Shown piece after piece: positions 28,944 through 43,599 of a DNA stretch of 64,000 nucleotides; within the stretch, counting starts at the first letter, position 1; each line of letters starts with the position of its first letter. The position numbers and the translations under genes are program-made. The DNA lies in NCBI RefSeq assembly GCF_001194135.2, contig NC_068985.1, forward strand, positions 125,869,845 to 125,933,844, read 5' to 3'. Under the pieces are notes generated by a model. It worked only from the letters and a program-made list of their open reading frames with translations. It was not told the origin of the DNA and ran no database searches. Source of the DNA: Octopus bimaculoides. Taxonomy: Eukaryota.

Positions 28944-29221
28944 CACACACACACGCACGCACACACGCATACACACAATTATTTTTGTGATAAACATGCG
29001 CGCGCCGCGTGTATACCTATATCTATGCATATCGAGAACGTAACAGACTCACGCATACAGAGATAATTGTTTATATATGTACCTGCTTAAATGATTTAAA
29101 CTATGAAAATAATCACAGTGTGCGTGCGTATATACGCACGCACATCATACATATATACATGTATACATTCATATCTATATCTGTATCCATCTATCTAATA
29201 TATATATATATATATATATAT

Positions 29222-29262
<41 letters not shown>

Positions 29263-29282
29263 NNNNNNNNNNNNNNNNNNNN

Positions 29283-29333
<51 letters not shown>

Positions 29334-29839
29334 CATATATATATATATCGAGCGATATAATGAGTCACTGAGTCCTAGATCGATGGTAGGAGAAAAGAGA
29401 GATGCTACATCAATATCGCAAAATAAGTATTATATTAATGATAACTATCAATTATCAAACAGACAATATCGTAATGAAAGGGAAAATAAAGCTGTTTTAG
29501 ATTAGGGCTACATTTTAATAATTAAGAACAGCTAATAAATGTTTACTGTTGAACTATTATCGTGCGAGAAGTGTATGAATACATTGCGTTAATGTAGCAT
29601 CTGATTGCACTTTATTGTTGCCTTTTTGATATTTTTCTTATTCTCATTGAAGGAATGGTGGATAAGTGGAACAGATGGAGCGCTTGCCGAAAGGTCTTTT
29701 GGTACTTAAATACCTACGCTTACGATCTAAGTTCGAACAAATTCGATAAACTTTACCTTTCATTCTTCTGTGCTTCGTAAAATAAAGTAAAATAAAGTCA
29801 ATATCAACGTCAATAAACCTATTCCTCATAATAGAATTC

Positions 29840-29891
<52 letters not shown>

Positions 29892-32762
29892 NNNNNNNNN
29901 NNNNNNNNNNNNNNNNNNNNNNNNNNNNNNNNNNNNNNNNNNNNNNNNNNNNNNNNNNNNNNNNNNNNNNNNNNNNNNNNNNNNNNNNNNNNNNNNNNNN
30001 NNNNNNNNNNNNNNNNNNNNNNNNNNNNNNNNNNNNNNNNNNNNNNNNNNNNNNNNNNNNNNNNNNNNNNNNNNNNNNNNNNNNNNNNNNNNNNNNNNNN
30101 NNNNNNNNNNNNNNNNNNNNNNNNNNNNNNNNNNNNNNNNNNNNNNNNNNNNNNNNNNNNNNNNNNNNNNNNNNNNNNNNNNNNNNNNNNNNNNNNNNNN
30201 NNNNNNNNNNNNNNNNNNNNNNNNNNNNNNNNNNNNNTACATATATATATATATTCATAAATTGTTCCATTGTTGGTGGGATCTACATATTTATATTTCA
30301 CTGTACTATTTCTAGTGAAATATAAATATCCTTTAATATGCACAGGTTTTTTATTTGAACTGTTATTAGTTTCATCTTATGTATGCACGATGACCGGGCA
30401 ATCTTGTAACACCCACCGTGTTTTCCCAAGCAAGCTTTCAGACTCAGATATAAAACGGCTCAGCTTTTTGGAAACAAAACGAGAAAGGAAGCTGGTCTTT
30501 GAAAAAAAAAAACAAAAAAAAAACTGAAAGGATGCTGGTTATTGATTAAACACAAGGAAGGGCGAGAAGGAAGTGAAAGTAAAAAAAAAATGTGGAGCGA
30601 GAAAGAAGAGAAACGAATATTATGAGTTGCGTCCCTTCTGCCCGTTCGAATCAAAATTAATACTGTTGATTAAATTTGCCAGCCATATCGTGAAACCGAA
30701 AGCCAACTATATACCACATACAGTCAAGTGAACGATCCACGCTAAATGTTAACTGATCAAAGAGATGTTGGCTTTGTTCAGCCAAAAGACCTCATATCTT
30801 CTTTAGATATAAGACCTCTACTGACCTACTAAATTCCAAATCTGAAATCAGTTATTAAATGTAAGCATCTGGACAAATTTCTTTTATTAAACTGGAAAAA
30901 TTCCAACTTCTCCGAATCAACTATGCAGTGTCATAAGTTTTGACCGTCAACCTTATATATACTTCTATGTATATGCATGCATGCATGTATTCATACTTAC
31001 ATACATGTACATACACGCACGCACTCGCGCGCGCAAACACATATATCGACGGAGTTGTTAGAACGTCGGATACATTGCTTTGTGATAAAGGTTTCAGAAT
31101 TTAACATTGCCTCTCATTCTTTCGGGCTCATGTCTTGCATTGAAATCGATTGTACTGTTTCTTTATCACTTTGTCTTTTTGAAACAAATTAGCTATTTTC
31201 AGACCTGATGAGAGATCGTCCCCAATAGGTTTTAAAATAGGGCCCCAAACTAACTGTAAGCTACAAAGGCTCTCCTACGTCTCCACGAGTATTTGAAAAT
31301 TCAGTATAAGTGGGAAAACTGAAGATAAATTAAAATCGATATTTGTTATGATCATTATAATGCAACTTTCTCTAAACTCTTCAAGCCTATATACCAATAA
31401 TTAGCGAGCCAATGAGTGAGCCTTTGTAGTCTTCCAGTCTGCTAGAACTAACAGCCAAATTTATCTCAAGCCACTTATTCACGATATGGAGAAAAGGAGT
31501 CACGAGTGGTATTCCTTTGATCTTAGATCTGTTCTCTTAAGTTTGAACTCGACTACTCAGTAATAAAAATTATAACAAAAATAGATAATTTTGTGAATAT
31601 GTAAACATCCTTAATCCAGTGAACTGGGCCAAGGAGAACACAGTTATCATTCCTGGAAGAGAAGTATGAATATTCATGTCCACCATCTACGAATAAGTGA
31701 ATCCATGATCGTATAAGAAATTAGTATTTGATTTGTCATCGATTGACGCCGTTTTACAATTGTTAGTAAACCGAACTAATGGCCTTAAAATATCTGGTTT
31801 TCATTCTTTGTCTTATTCATGTTTCGCGTTCAACTCCCACTAATGTTAACTTAGAACTTCTTTCCTGCGGAGTTTCATATAATATGTTCCTGCAATACAT
31901 ATATACCTCTAAGCAGTCACAGCACTTGTAAGAAATCGTAGTTGAGCCTCATTCAAATTACACCTTATCGTACTAGAAACTTAAACTTTGAATGATGTGG
32001 CCCTAGATGTGCTGTACTTTGGAAGAGAGATAGGGTGCTCACAAATGGAAGGTTTTAAGGCTGATAAGGCCGATGTAAGACTAAACAATAAGAATTTGTA
32101 TAATACTCACTAGTTTTCTCCTTGTTCTTGTTGTGCACCGACAAGTCAGCCCTGGAGTAGCTAGTTTATTATCTAACATGTCGCGAAACAACGCAGACAT
32201 TCCCATATGAGCCAGATATCACCAAAAAGTGGGGATGGTCACAAATGGAATACCTCTGATGACATGTTTGCTCGATAAGAGTCGACCTTGGGCTGAACAG
32301 CGACAACAACGAGAGTGATGACAAAAACATGTTAGAGACACCGCTTCGCAATTATCGGTTAAATTCGATGACGATATACGATAGTGCAGGTTTAAAATCA
32401 AATGTAAAAAAACAAGAGAAGTGAAACGAAACAAATTGGCTGAAAATATATAACCAAAACTGAAAAAATACAAGGATGAAGGGAATAGCAAGGATAATAT
32501 AAAGAATATTTAGAAGTTGGTGGCACCAAATTCCGATAATTTACACAAATATTAACGTCATTGATTTTCTTCAAAAATTGAATCAACAATTTGAAGATTT
32601 AGAAGACATGATATAACGTTTCAAAAGATATTTTCCAGTTGTTTCTCTTTCTATTCGTTCTTGTTTACTTTGTTATTAGAGTAAAGACTAACACGCGCAC
32701 ACGCACACACATACGCATACACACATGCACACACACACACACACATATATATNNNNNNNNNN

Positions 32763-32804
<42 letters not shown>

Positions 32805-33227
32805 TATATATACAGCTATGTGTGCATCATACATAATATATGTTTATCGCGCAAGGCAAATTCACTGCAGTATCCTTCCTAGATAATTACTCTTACGTTT
32901 TGTGTGTGTGTGAGAACGGAAGTATGAAATTCAGAGAGACATTTAGTGAAATTTGCAGTATAGAACTACGCACACACACACACACACACAGACACGTGGT
33001 AAAGTCTTCTAATTTGTGGCGTCTAGGGTTTTTAATGCTATTTATTCTCATGCTTTCCTATTTACATATTCCCCTCCTTTCTGCAAGTTTCATTTTTCTC
33101 TTTTAAATATATATGTGTGCGTGCGTGCGTGTGTGCGTGTGTGAGCGCGTATCGTCAGTAGTTCACATGTCCGAAAAAGAAGCACACTTAAGTGTGTGTG
33201 TCTGCGTATTCTTTTCTTATTATATTT

Positions 33228-33395
33228 ATTTCACTCATTTGACTGCGGCCATGCTAGAGCACCGCCTTAGAGGATTTTTTTAGTTGAAGAAATCGACCCC
33301 ATGACTTATTCTTTGTAAGCCTAGTGCTTATTTTATCAATCTTTTGACGAACTGCTAACCTAAGGGGATGTAAACACACCAGCATCGGTTGTCAG
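33228..33395 (-). mobile_element. SINE 3' half
   Basis: Reverse complement of the gacaaccgatgctggtgtgtttac...gtcgattt...ggcggtgct.tagcatggccgcagtcaaatg tail. Confidence 0.8.
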
Positions 33396-33453
33396 AAACA
33401 TACATATACAGATACACACACACGCACACATACATACATACACACACACACGC

Positions 33454-33492
<39 letters not shown>

Positions 33493-34213
33493 NNNNNNNN
33501 NNNNNNNNNNNNNNNNNNNNNNNNNNNNNNNNNNNNNNNNNNNNNNNNNNNNNNNNNNNNNNNNNNNNNNNNNNNNNNNNNNNNNNNNNNNNNNNNNNNN
33601 NNNNNNNNNNNNNNNNNNNNNNNNNNNNNNNNNNNNNNNNNNNNNNNNNNNNNNNNNNNNNNNNNNNNNNNNNNNNNNNNNNNNNNNNNNNNNNNNNNNN
33701 NNNNNNNNNNNNNNNNNNNNNNNNNNNNNNNNNNNNNNNNNNNNNNNNNNNNNNNNNNNNNNNNNNNNNNNNNNNNNNNNNNNNNNNNNNNNNNNNNNNN
33801 NNNNNNNNNNNNNNNNNNNNNNNNNNNNNNNNNNNNNNNNNNNNNNNNNNNNNNNNNNNNNNNNNNNNNNNNNNNNNNNNNNNNNNNNNNNNNNNNNNNN
33901 NNNNNNNNNNNNNNNNNNNNNNNNNNNNNNNNNNNNNNNNNNNNNNNNNNNNNNNNNNNNNNNNNNNNNNNNNNNNNNNNNNNNNNNNNNNNNNNNNNNN
34001 NNNNNNNNNNNNNNNNNNNNNNNNNNNNNNNNNNNNNNNNNNNNNNNNNNNNATATATATATATATACATATTCCTGAACGATCTTTGTCGAATAAATCG
34101 ACACACAACATATTTTTCCTTTAAGCCTAACATACATTTTATCTTTCTCTTTTGCTGAACCGCTCAGTTACAGAGACGTAAACACAACAAAACCGGTTTT
34201 CAACCGGTGAAGC

Positions 34214-34276
<63 letters not shown>

Positions 34277-34626
34277 CGACGAGCTTCTTTCAGTTTCTGT
34301 ATTGTCTATTCGATATATTTGGAAATTTTGTTCGACACGGTACGTTTAACTTTGTAAGATTCATATTTTTCCCAACGATACTTTGACAAGGTATTTGCTT
34401 CGACTCTGAATTGAAATCGTATCGCAAACTTTACAGCGCGTACCTAGCTACATGGAGACAGTATCTACATGTATACATGGAAATATACACATGGTACGCT
34501 CACACGCATAAATACCACCATATTTCCCTATGTTTCATGGAGATAACAGTATTCGTACACATAACCTGAACGAATAGACATTCTCATATGCAATCTCTCT
34601 CTTCCCCTTTTAGTTACTTTCCTACG

Positions 34627-34693
<67 letters not shown>

Positions 34694-37212
34694 NNNNNNN
34701 NNNNNNNNNNNNNNNNNNNNNNNNNNNNNNNNNNNNNNNNNNNNNNNNNNNNNNNNNNNNNNNNNNNNNNNNNNNNNNNNNNNNNNNNNNNNNNNNNNNN
34801 NNNNNNNNNNNNNNNNNNNNNNNNNNNNNNNNNNNNNNNNNNNNNNNNNNNNNNNNNNNNNNNNNNNNNNNNNNNNNNNNNNNNNNNNNNNNNNNNNNNN
34901 NNNNNNNNNNNNNNNNNNNNNNNNNNNNNNNNNNNNNNNNNNNNNNNNNNNNNNNNNNNNNNNNNNNNNNNNNNNNNNNNNNNNNNNNNNNNNNNNNNNN
35001 NNNNNNNNNNNNNNNNNNNTATATATATATGTATATATATATAAATATATTCCTACTATCTTTGTCCATCCTAGTTTCTCATACAATGCATAATTTTCTG
35101 ACTTCTTCCATTTTCTTCAATGCTCTCTCTCTCTACTTTATACTACTCCCTACTCCTACTATCCCCAGTCGTCTTCATTATCTCCCCCTCTCTCTCTCTC
35201 TCTTTCTATCTTTCTTTGCCAATTCCTCTCTATCCCCATTCTATCATTTACTCATTCGTTCATTATCTTTCTCTCACTCTCTATTTATCTAATCTGATCC
35301 TTTTTTGAGGAGGAAGTCATAAATTTAAGTAAAATATTCTGTTTTCAAATGAAAACATGACATAAAATTGATTATCCAGAACTAGCAAATAAACAAATAA
35401 ACAGCGCTGTTTCTGTATGTCTAAAATAAATCTCTAATGGTATAATTCATTAAGTTTTATGTTACTTTTTTTTTTTTTTTCACGTTGCAGTCGATAGAAG
35501 CTTAAACTTTTACGCGAACATTTCAAAGAAGAGTTTAACCCTCGCGTGTTCTAAAGGCGACTCGGTTTCAATTTTGAAGTTGGAGTCGTTTAATTTCGCT
35601 TTCGCTACAAACTCTCTCTATAACGCATAAATACATTTGATCTAACTATCTAGGACAATTGCACGGCCTACTCTTTAGCTTTGGTTTCATGAGATTTATA
35701 GAGAGGAAAGATATAACACTTCCATTCTTGCCTAGAAAATACGACAGTTTGTGGCATGTATGGTCTCCGCGTGATATGGCATTTATTCCTCTCAGCTAGA
35801 TGAACTAATGCAATGGAGAAATAGTGTCTGTCATTTCCAACAATGTAATGATGATAATCCTCGCCAGGAATGAATGATTTAATCCACCATGGCTATTACT
35901 CTCATATGCCAAGAGGATTCACATTCAGAGCCTCCTTAGGTCAAGGGAAAGAAGATAACTATATGTCTGAGATAGACAACCATATCAGGAGTTGCTAAGA
36001 AAGTCAACAATGATAAATTCAAAACCTTTAAATACCCTATTCCCGCCTTGTAAGCCTGACGAATTGTCGTTGATTCTTTGTTGTGTTTATCCACCCTTCT
36101 TGAGTGGTAGTGTGTCTTGTCAAATTAGAGTGTTTTACTTATTCTCCACACACCAATGTAGGGTTGTCGGTTTAGACGCCGTTGGACCGACCATGAAACA
36201 AGCAGAAGTTTACATGGTTGCGACTGACACATAAGTTTCGATGTTATTTTATTCAGAATAAAACGCCAGAAATAGATTTTCACACATGATCTACAAAAGT
36301 AATGCAAAGATTATCTTCACTCAGCTGCCTGTTTCTATCTAAGTTTATTCAGGAAGTAGATCATATGCCTCTCCAAGGTCTCCTGTATAATTATTTGATA
36401 TCAGTGCAGCAAATAGACGCAATACTCCATTATTTTACTGTGCTTTTGCTGCTTTCAGTGGAGATTTAGAACTGTTAGCTTCACGAAAAGTGAGCAAAAA
36501 GAATTATAGAAAATAGAACGCAGCATGTAGATTAATATATTTTCTATAGACATAAAAACTCATTTCGTCTTAATGTGAAAGACTTCTTTGGGTATTCTTT
36601 TACATTTATGTAAAAGATGCAGTTTTCTACTGAGTATTATACAGTTCTGTATATTTAATTTAGTTATTCAATTGATGACATTTTGGTAGGTGTAACAAGT
36701 TAATAATTCCATTGACGATATCAACGGAAGTGAATAGTCTATAATTATCTTCAATGTTTTCCGTTGAAAAAATATGAAACATAAAATATTATTTATATTT
36801 TTTCCTCTAATTTTCTCCATTTTTGTTTTATGTTCCTAACTATAAAATTGCATTAGCTCACAGTAACAACGTTTATTCTATAGGTTAAAAATATACAATT
36901 TATCAACTTTATTAAACATTAAACTTCTCGGTAGATGTAACGAGATTGTATTTCCTCTGTAAATGTTAGATGAATGTGAAACATCCGAAATTATTTCCCT
37001 TACTTACAAATGAAAAAAAAATTATATTAGTCACTACCGGAAATGTCTTTTCCTCCAGGTATTTGATTTTTTAAAAAGTTTTTTAATGTTTCAAGAGTTA
37101 AGTAACTTGACCACAGACGTAGAACAGCGATAACGGTAGCATACACACCACCGGATCTTCCACTAGGAGTCTTTAATCTTCTTGATTTTGGGTAGCTGTA
37201 ATTCTCTGAAAC

Positions 37213-37519
37213 GTGGAGGCACATGGCCTAGTCGTTAGAGCAGCGGACTCGCGGTCGAGAGATCGCGGGTTCGAATCTCAGACCAGGCGATGTGTGTGTT
37301 TATGAGCGAAGCACCTAAGCTCCACGCGGCTCCGGCAGAAGGTAATGGCGAACTTCTGCTGACTCTTTCGCCACAACTTTCACTCATTCTCTCCTCCTGC
37401 ATCTTGCAGCCTGCATCGGACTGGCGTCCCGTCCAGGTGGAGAATCTATACGCCAAGGAAACCGTGAAACCGGCCCTTATGAGCCAGGCATGACTCGAAA
37501 AGGAACAAACAACAACAAC
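37213..37519 (+). mobile_element. tRNA-derived SINE, full length, with 13-bp TSD
   Basis: A box tggcctagtcgttag, B box ggttcgaatct, (AAC)n tail; TSD aattctctgaaac at 37200-37212 and 37520-37532. Confidence 0.92.
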
Positions 37520-39636
37520 AATTCTCTGAAACATTGTTGCACAATATCTCTACATATGCTTCTGCCAACTACTGTGAACTGCAGTCAGTTAGAAAACCGG
37601 TGTCTCTTGTCTGTCATTCTTTGAACCTTTATAAACAATTATTATATACAATCTTTATGTGAGATCATTAAAAGAATGATTCATGACTTAAGAGAAATTC
37701 TTTAACTTTTGCTAGTATTATATTCCAAAGAATTGTAAAGTACGGATAATTTCTTCAAAAGAGAATGCATCCATCAGAAATTGAAACAGCACCTCAAACA
37801 ACAACTCATGGTTTCTTCTATGTCAAACATATGTAAAGTAACTCCTTATTTTAGAAGAGATATTTTTATAAAGGTAAGTTCCGTACTTGCAAATTGATTT
37901 CATTTACTGTCTAAGTCAATTAGTTTGTTTTATGCAGTAATGCTCTTTTGATGCTTAAATAAACTCATTTCACTTCTTACATTAAGCGAGTTTTAGTACT
38001 AAACATTTTAAATATGGAAGGTCGGAAAAGCAAACGACATAAAAATCAAGTTTGTGAACCAACGATTAGTGTTCATTGGTGAAGGTTAAGACGAAGTGAT
38101 GTATGGTNNNNNNNNNNCTAATCCAAAAGACGTAAAATATATAGAGTTTATATGTGTTTTGTTGGAAAGTTTCCATGCATGACACCGCCAAACGCTTTGT
38201 TAATTGCAATCTAATAGAATTGAGAAACAGGTTCCATAATGATATATTTCAAAAATATTTTACGCCTTCAGAGAAGTGAAGGGGCTCAAATATAGTAAGA
38301 AAAATATAAGAATATGCATAATTACCAGTAGATAAACCACTATTTCCTTTACGCTAAATCACACGCCCCCTTATTTGCAGGATTGGCAAAATGATTAAAA
38401 TAAAATGTTCTATGGAATATCAATGATTATTGTTATTGTAACTTGATCATAAACTATTAAACTTGATCGTAAACTACTCTATTGTATCACATCGCTTGCA
38501 ATAATGTCTAACATTCCCTCCCAAGATCTTCATTAAAATAAAGCGTTATAGAAAACAATACCGTTTATTATGCCAGAATATAAAACATTTATTGCAAGAG
38601 ATATCAATCATCTTAAATGACAATGATTAAAGACTAAGCTTCAACTAAAAATCTTAAAGCTTGACCGTGGCATTTTCCTTTTCTCTACGCTGTGTGTTAC
38701 AACCCTTAGGCCAATGTAGATATAACATTGTAATCCTCATGATTTTCTCAAAAAAGAAAAAATCAAAATAAAAGTAAAAGTGGTATGAACTAAGAATGAA
38801 AATCATAGATATATTTTTTTCAGCTTGATGTGGTTTATGTTACTGTCTTTCTCTATTCGATTCGGAATAACAAGGTGATAGAAACAAAAAATATCTTACT
38901 GCGCAGACAATGTGTTGTTTTCTTAGATACGCCGCTAGGCCTATTTTAGTCCACTTACACTACGGTATCAATCAGTTGCCTCTTATTACTGCCTATGATC
39001 AAGTACCAGGACTACCGCAGAAAATGTTTTCATGTAGCTTTTCTCATTGCCATCATGAGGTATTGTCTATTCTCAGTAGGTTCAATACTATGAATCACTT
39101 TTTTGCTGTTCATGGTTAATCATAAGTATGTACGCCATTTATAAGATTGGAGCCACGCCTGAAGCAGTCACTGTGAGATTTGAACTCGGAACACTAAGAG
39201 CCAGAATAAATACGATAAAATGCATTGCCTGACACAGTAATGACTACGCCAGTTCAACACCCTAGCCTTGCATTTTTATTTATTGCTCGCGAAAGACTGA
39301 AAAGCAAATCGACTTCCGTGGGATATGAACTCGGAAAACAAAAAGTTGAAATAAAAACTCGAAATGTTTTTCGTTCGAGGTTCTTACATTTCTGCCACTT
39401 CGCCACCCGACTATTTCTAAGATAAGCCAAATTAGGACGGCCCTCTGCAGGCCCTATTAATAATTGAACTTCAGTATTACACCGGGCGGCGATAAGACGT
39501 CCCACAATTGTTCAGTGCCGAGTAAGGAACGTCAGCATAGTGGCTTAATCACTTGACAGGTGTGGTCCGGTCTTGTAAATTCGCAACGCCCCCACATACA
39601 CACACACTTCCGTAGGCGCTGCCGTTCAGCTTAAAA

Positions 39637-39898
39637 CTAGTAAAAGGTAAAGTTACCTTATCCAGTCATGCTGATTCATAAGGGCCAGTTTCCCGGTTTC
39701 CATGGCGTATATATTCTCCACATGGACGGGATGCCAGTCCGCCACAGGATTACTCCTTTTTGCTAGCTGAGTGGACTGGAGCAACGTGAAATGAAGTATT
39801 TTCCTCAAGAACATAATGCGTCGAGCGGTCCAGGAATCGAAACCACAATCTTACGATCACGAATCCAACACCATAATCAGTAAGCCACGCGCCTCCAC
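39637..39898 (-). mobile_element. tRNA-derived SINE with 11-bp TSD
   Basis: Same family as 8222-8481; TSD tcagcttaaaa at 39626-39636 and 39899-39909. Confidence 0.9.
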
Positions 39899-40707
39899 TC
39901 AGCTTAAAATTACTGACCTATAATTTCATTGACCAGTGTGTCATTCCTTATTTTTCATAAGAAGTTTGTGAATTTAAGGAGATTCTTATGCTGTGTCTTA
40001 GCAGGTCAAGTGATCGCACAGATGCTCATTCACATTACAGAAAGAAAGTGAAACCGACAAAAGCAGAAATATTCAGAGTGAGCGAGCGAGCGAGAGAAAG
40101 AAAGAGAGAGAGAAAGGAAGAGAGAGGCAGAAAGAATAGAGAAAAAGAAGAAAGAGCATATTGAAGGAGAAAAGTATAGAGAGAATATGAAATCAGAAAG
40201 ACAACGTGCTCACTAGTTATATTGCTATTGGGATGATATCTGAAATACTTGCGCTTGATACCTCCATAATTTTTCGAGATTATCTAATTGTAATGAACTA
40301 TCTCTTCGCTGACATTCAATAAACAATTAATCACACATGAGATATACATTCTTTATTACGGTATTGCTGCAATAACATAGTCAATAAAACTATGGTCTCT
40401 TAAGCTCCTTTTACATTAAGATTTGGAAGCTAACGGAAGTAATAGCTACTCTTGTCATTTCCTTCATACAAATGTTTGATTTCTCATTGCAGAATATACA
40501 TACATACATACATACATACATACATACATACGTATATATATATAAATATANNNNNNNNNNNNNNNNNNNNNNNNNNNNNNNNNNNNNNNNNNNNNNNNNN
40601 NNNNNNNNNNNNNNNNNNNNNNNNNNNNNNNNNNNNNNNNNNNNNNNNNNNNNNNNNNNNNNNNNNNNNNNNNNNNNNNNNNNNNNNNNNNNNNNNNNNN
40701 NNNNNNN

Positions 40708-40750
<43 letters not shown>

Positions 40751-41679
40751 ATATATTTGTGTGTGTGCATTTGTATGTTTATATACATCTACATATGTAC
40801 ACATTATGTGTTTATATTTAAATAAACGTGTTCGTGTGCTCACATACATACAATCATACATACACTGATACATACAATCATGTATACATAAATACGCACG
40901 TGCGTACGTACATACATACATACATACATACATACATACATACATACGTACGTACGTACGTACCTACGTACACTGCCGCCCCCACAATCACACAAATATA
41001 AATGTATTACATAAAGTGCCAACGTCGCAGAGAAAGTGATAAATTTGGGGTAAGATGACATCGGGAAGTGGTTCCAATTCCAAGCAAAATATTTCATACT
41101 ATTAATTCATAATAGTTAAAGGATTATGTACTACATGTGCGTGCGTGAGTGCGCTCGTATGTGCGGATATTCGTGCACGTGTTTGTATATGTGTGTGCAA
41201 ATGTATTTGACATGCCAAACATGCTTTACAGCTTATACTGTGCCCTTTATCGAATTGTCTAAAATATGATTAACTTAGCATAGAGAGTGACACAAGTTCA
41301 TTATAAATATTAGTAACATAGGCCCGTTACATCATGTTAGTCCGTGGGAGTGACGAGTATCAATTAGTCGGCCTAAGGATGACTGATGACACGCATTGTA
41401 ACTTTGTATAAAGCGTTGAAGAGTAACCTTCTCGATATAATACAAGTAAAAATGAAAGACCTTATCCTAAGTCATGAATTAATGGTTCATTCTTTTAATG
41501 ATTTCACATAAAGAATGTATGTAATAACTGTTTATAAATATAAAAAGACTGACAGGCAATAGAGACCGGTTTTCTAACTGAATGCGATTCACATTTGTCG
41601 ACAGAGACATATGTAGAGGTATTGTGTAACAATGCCTCAGAGAATCAACAACTCGTACGTTGTTTTTTTTTATCATGGA

Positions 41680-42135
41680 GTTTATTGGTTAAGGTGAATT
41701 GATGCGTGCTATCATATGTATAAGAATAGGTGCTGTTGGAGATGTCAATCTCATTCTCTCATTCGTGACCCATCTTCAATCCAGTTGCAAGATCAGGTCA
41801 AGACGAATGTGGACCGAGGCGGACGCAGTGGACAAGTAAGATACTTTACTTGCCTCATCTTGCTCTCTTCACTCCACAACGCGTTGCTACAGCCGCTTTC
41901 CTTTCCCTTGGACAGTGACGTTTTCTTCCACAGAATCCGCCGGATCCAGTTTTCACACGCGTAAGTCGACAAGCAATGACATGCAATGCGTTAATACACA
42001 TAGCTGGGACCTCACATGAGCTACAACTCCAAGTCCGAGAAAACCTGAAGAAATAGTGGCTAGGAAGTTGTTCCACACTCCTCAAAACCAGGGCCCCAAT
42101 ACTGGATGTAGTTTAGAGTCATACCTAGAACAGGG
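41680..42135 (-). repeat. Old interspersed repeat, possibly the 5' region of a LINE
   Basis: GC-richer complex block; minus start ggtatgactctaaactacatccag...gaggagtgtggaacaac resembles a common octopod repeat (recognition only); no intact ORF. Confidence 0.4.
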
Positions 42136-42489
42136 ATATACAGCAGTAACATCAACCCAGTACAAAAGTCAATAACATAGTCCCATTATTGTCATTATTA
42201 ACATAGACTCGTTATATAAACCAGTAACGATTACATATACCAGTAACATAGATTCGTTAAATCAAGGCATTATACACAAAGATATAACTGCCACCACTAA
42301 CAGATGAATGAAATCGACAGTTAAAGTCTTATATAGGCCTACAACAGAAGAATTAGCATGCCAGTCATTCATATTAGACAAACGTAGGTTACTATTCATG
42401 AAAACCATTTGCCCAAATAATTTGTCGGCACAGATTAATTATCGTTAGGTGTTACTCGACTATTGTTATCAATATATTGCATATTGCAA

Positions 42490-42885
42490 AAGCGGCGAGC
42501 TGGTAGAATCGTTAGCACGCTAGGCAAAATGCTTGGCGGCATTTCGTCCGTCTTTAGGTTCTTAGTTCAAATTCCACCAAAGTCGACTTTGCCTTTAATC
42601 CTTCCGGGGTCGATAAATTAAGTACCAGTTGAGTACTGGAATCGATGTAATCGACTTACTTCCTTCCTCGAAACTGCTGGTATTTTTTTCTTTCATTATT
42701 GCACTCACTTCAGTCATTTGATTGCGGCCATGCTGGAGCACGGCCTTAAAGTGTTTTAGTCGAAGGAATCGACCCCAGGACTTATTCTTTGTAAGCGTAG
42801 TACTTATTCTATCGATCTTTTATGCCGAATCGCTAATTATGGGGATGTAAACATACCAACATCGGTTGTCAAGCGATGGTTGGAG
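42490..42885. mobile_element. Two adjacent SINEs in opposite orientation (42490-42680 +, 42700-42885 -)
   Basis: The first matches the 20431 type; the second is the reverse complement of the 44396-type tail. Confidence 0.8.
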
Positions 42886-42950
42886 GACAAATACACACAC
42901 ATACACAGATAGATATAGATGTAGATATATATATATGTGTGTGTGTATGC

Positions 42951-43029
<79 letters not shown>

Positions 43030-43564
43030 TGAAAAGAGAGTTCAAACTGACATATGCTAATTTATTGGCATAATATTAATAATCCCTATAATTGTTTCGA
43101 TTTAAACTCAAAACCAATAACAAATTTTTTTAAATTCCTATTTTGAAAACATTTTGAGTAAAAATCTCATCAGGGTAAAGCAGAACAAAAATTACATATT
43201 AGAAGTATATNNNNNNNNNNNNNNNNNNNNNNNNNNNNNNNNNNNNNNNNNNNNNNNNNNNNNNNNNNNNNNNNNNNNNNNNNNNNNNNNNNNNNNNNNN
43301 NNNNNNNNNNNNNNNNNNNNNNNNNNNNNNNNNNNNNNNNNNNNNNNNNNNNNNNNNNNNNNNNNNNNNNNNNNNNNNNNNNNNNNNNNNNNNNNNNNNN
43401 NNNNNNNNNNNNNNNNNNNNNNNNNNNNNNNNNNNNNNNNNNNNNNNNNNNNNNNNNNNNNNNNNNNNNNNNNNNNNNNNNNNNNNNNNNNNNNNNNNNN
43501 NNNNNNNNNNNNNNNNNNNNNNNNNNNNNNNNNNNNNNNNNNNNNNNNNNNNNNNNNNNNNNNN

Positions 43565-43599
<35 letters not shown>

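Noticed and set aside
35530-37110. Possible piggyBac-like MITE between ttaaccctc (about 35536) and aagagttaa (about 37100)
   Set aside because: Terminal similarity is limited to a few bases; no convincing TIR or transposase remnant.
37658-37680. tgagatcattaaaagaatgatt, similar to the bantam microRNA seed and 3' end
   Set aside because: The middle diverges and there is no complementary star arm forming a pre-miRNA hairpin.
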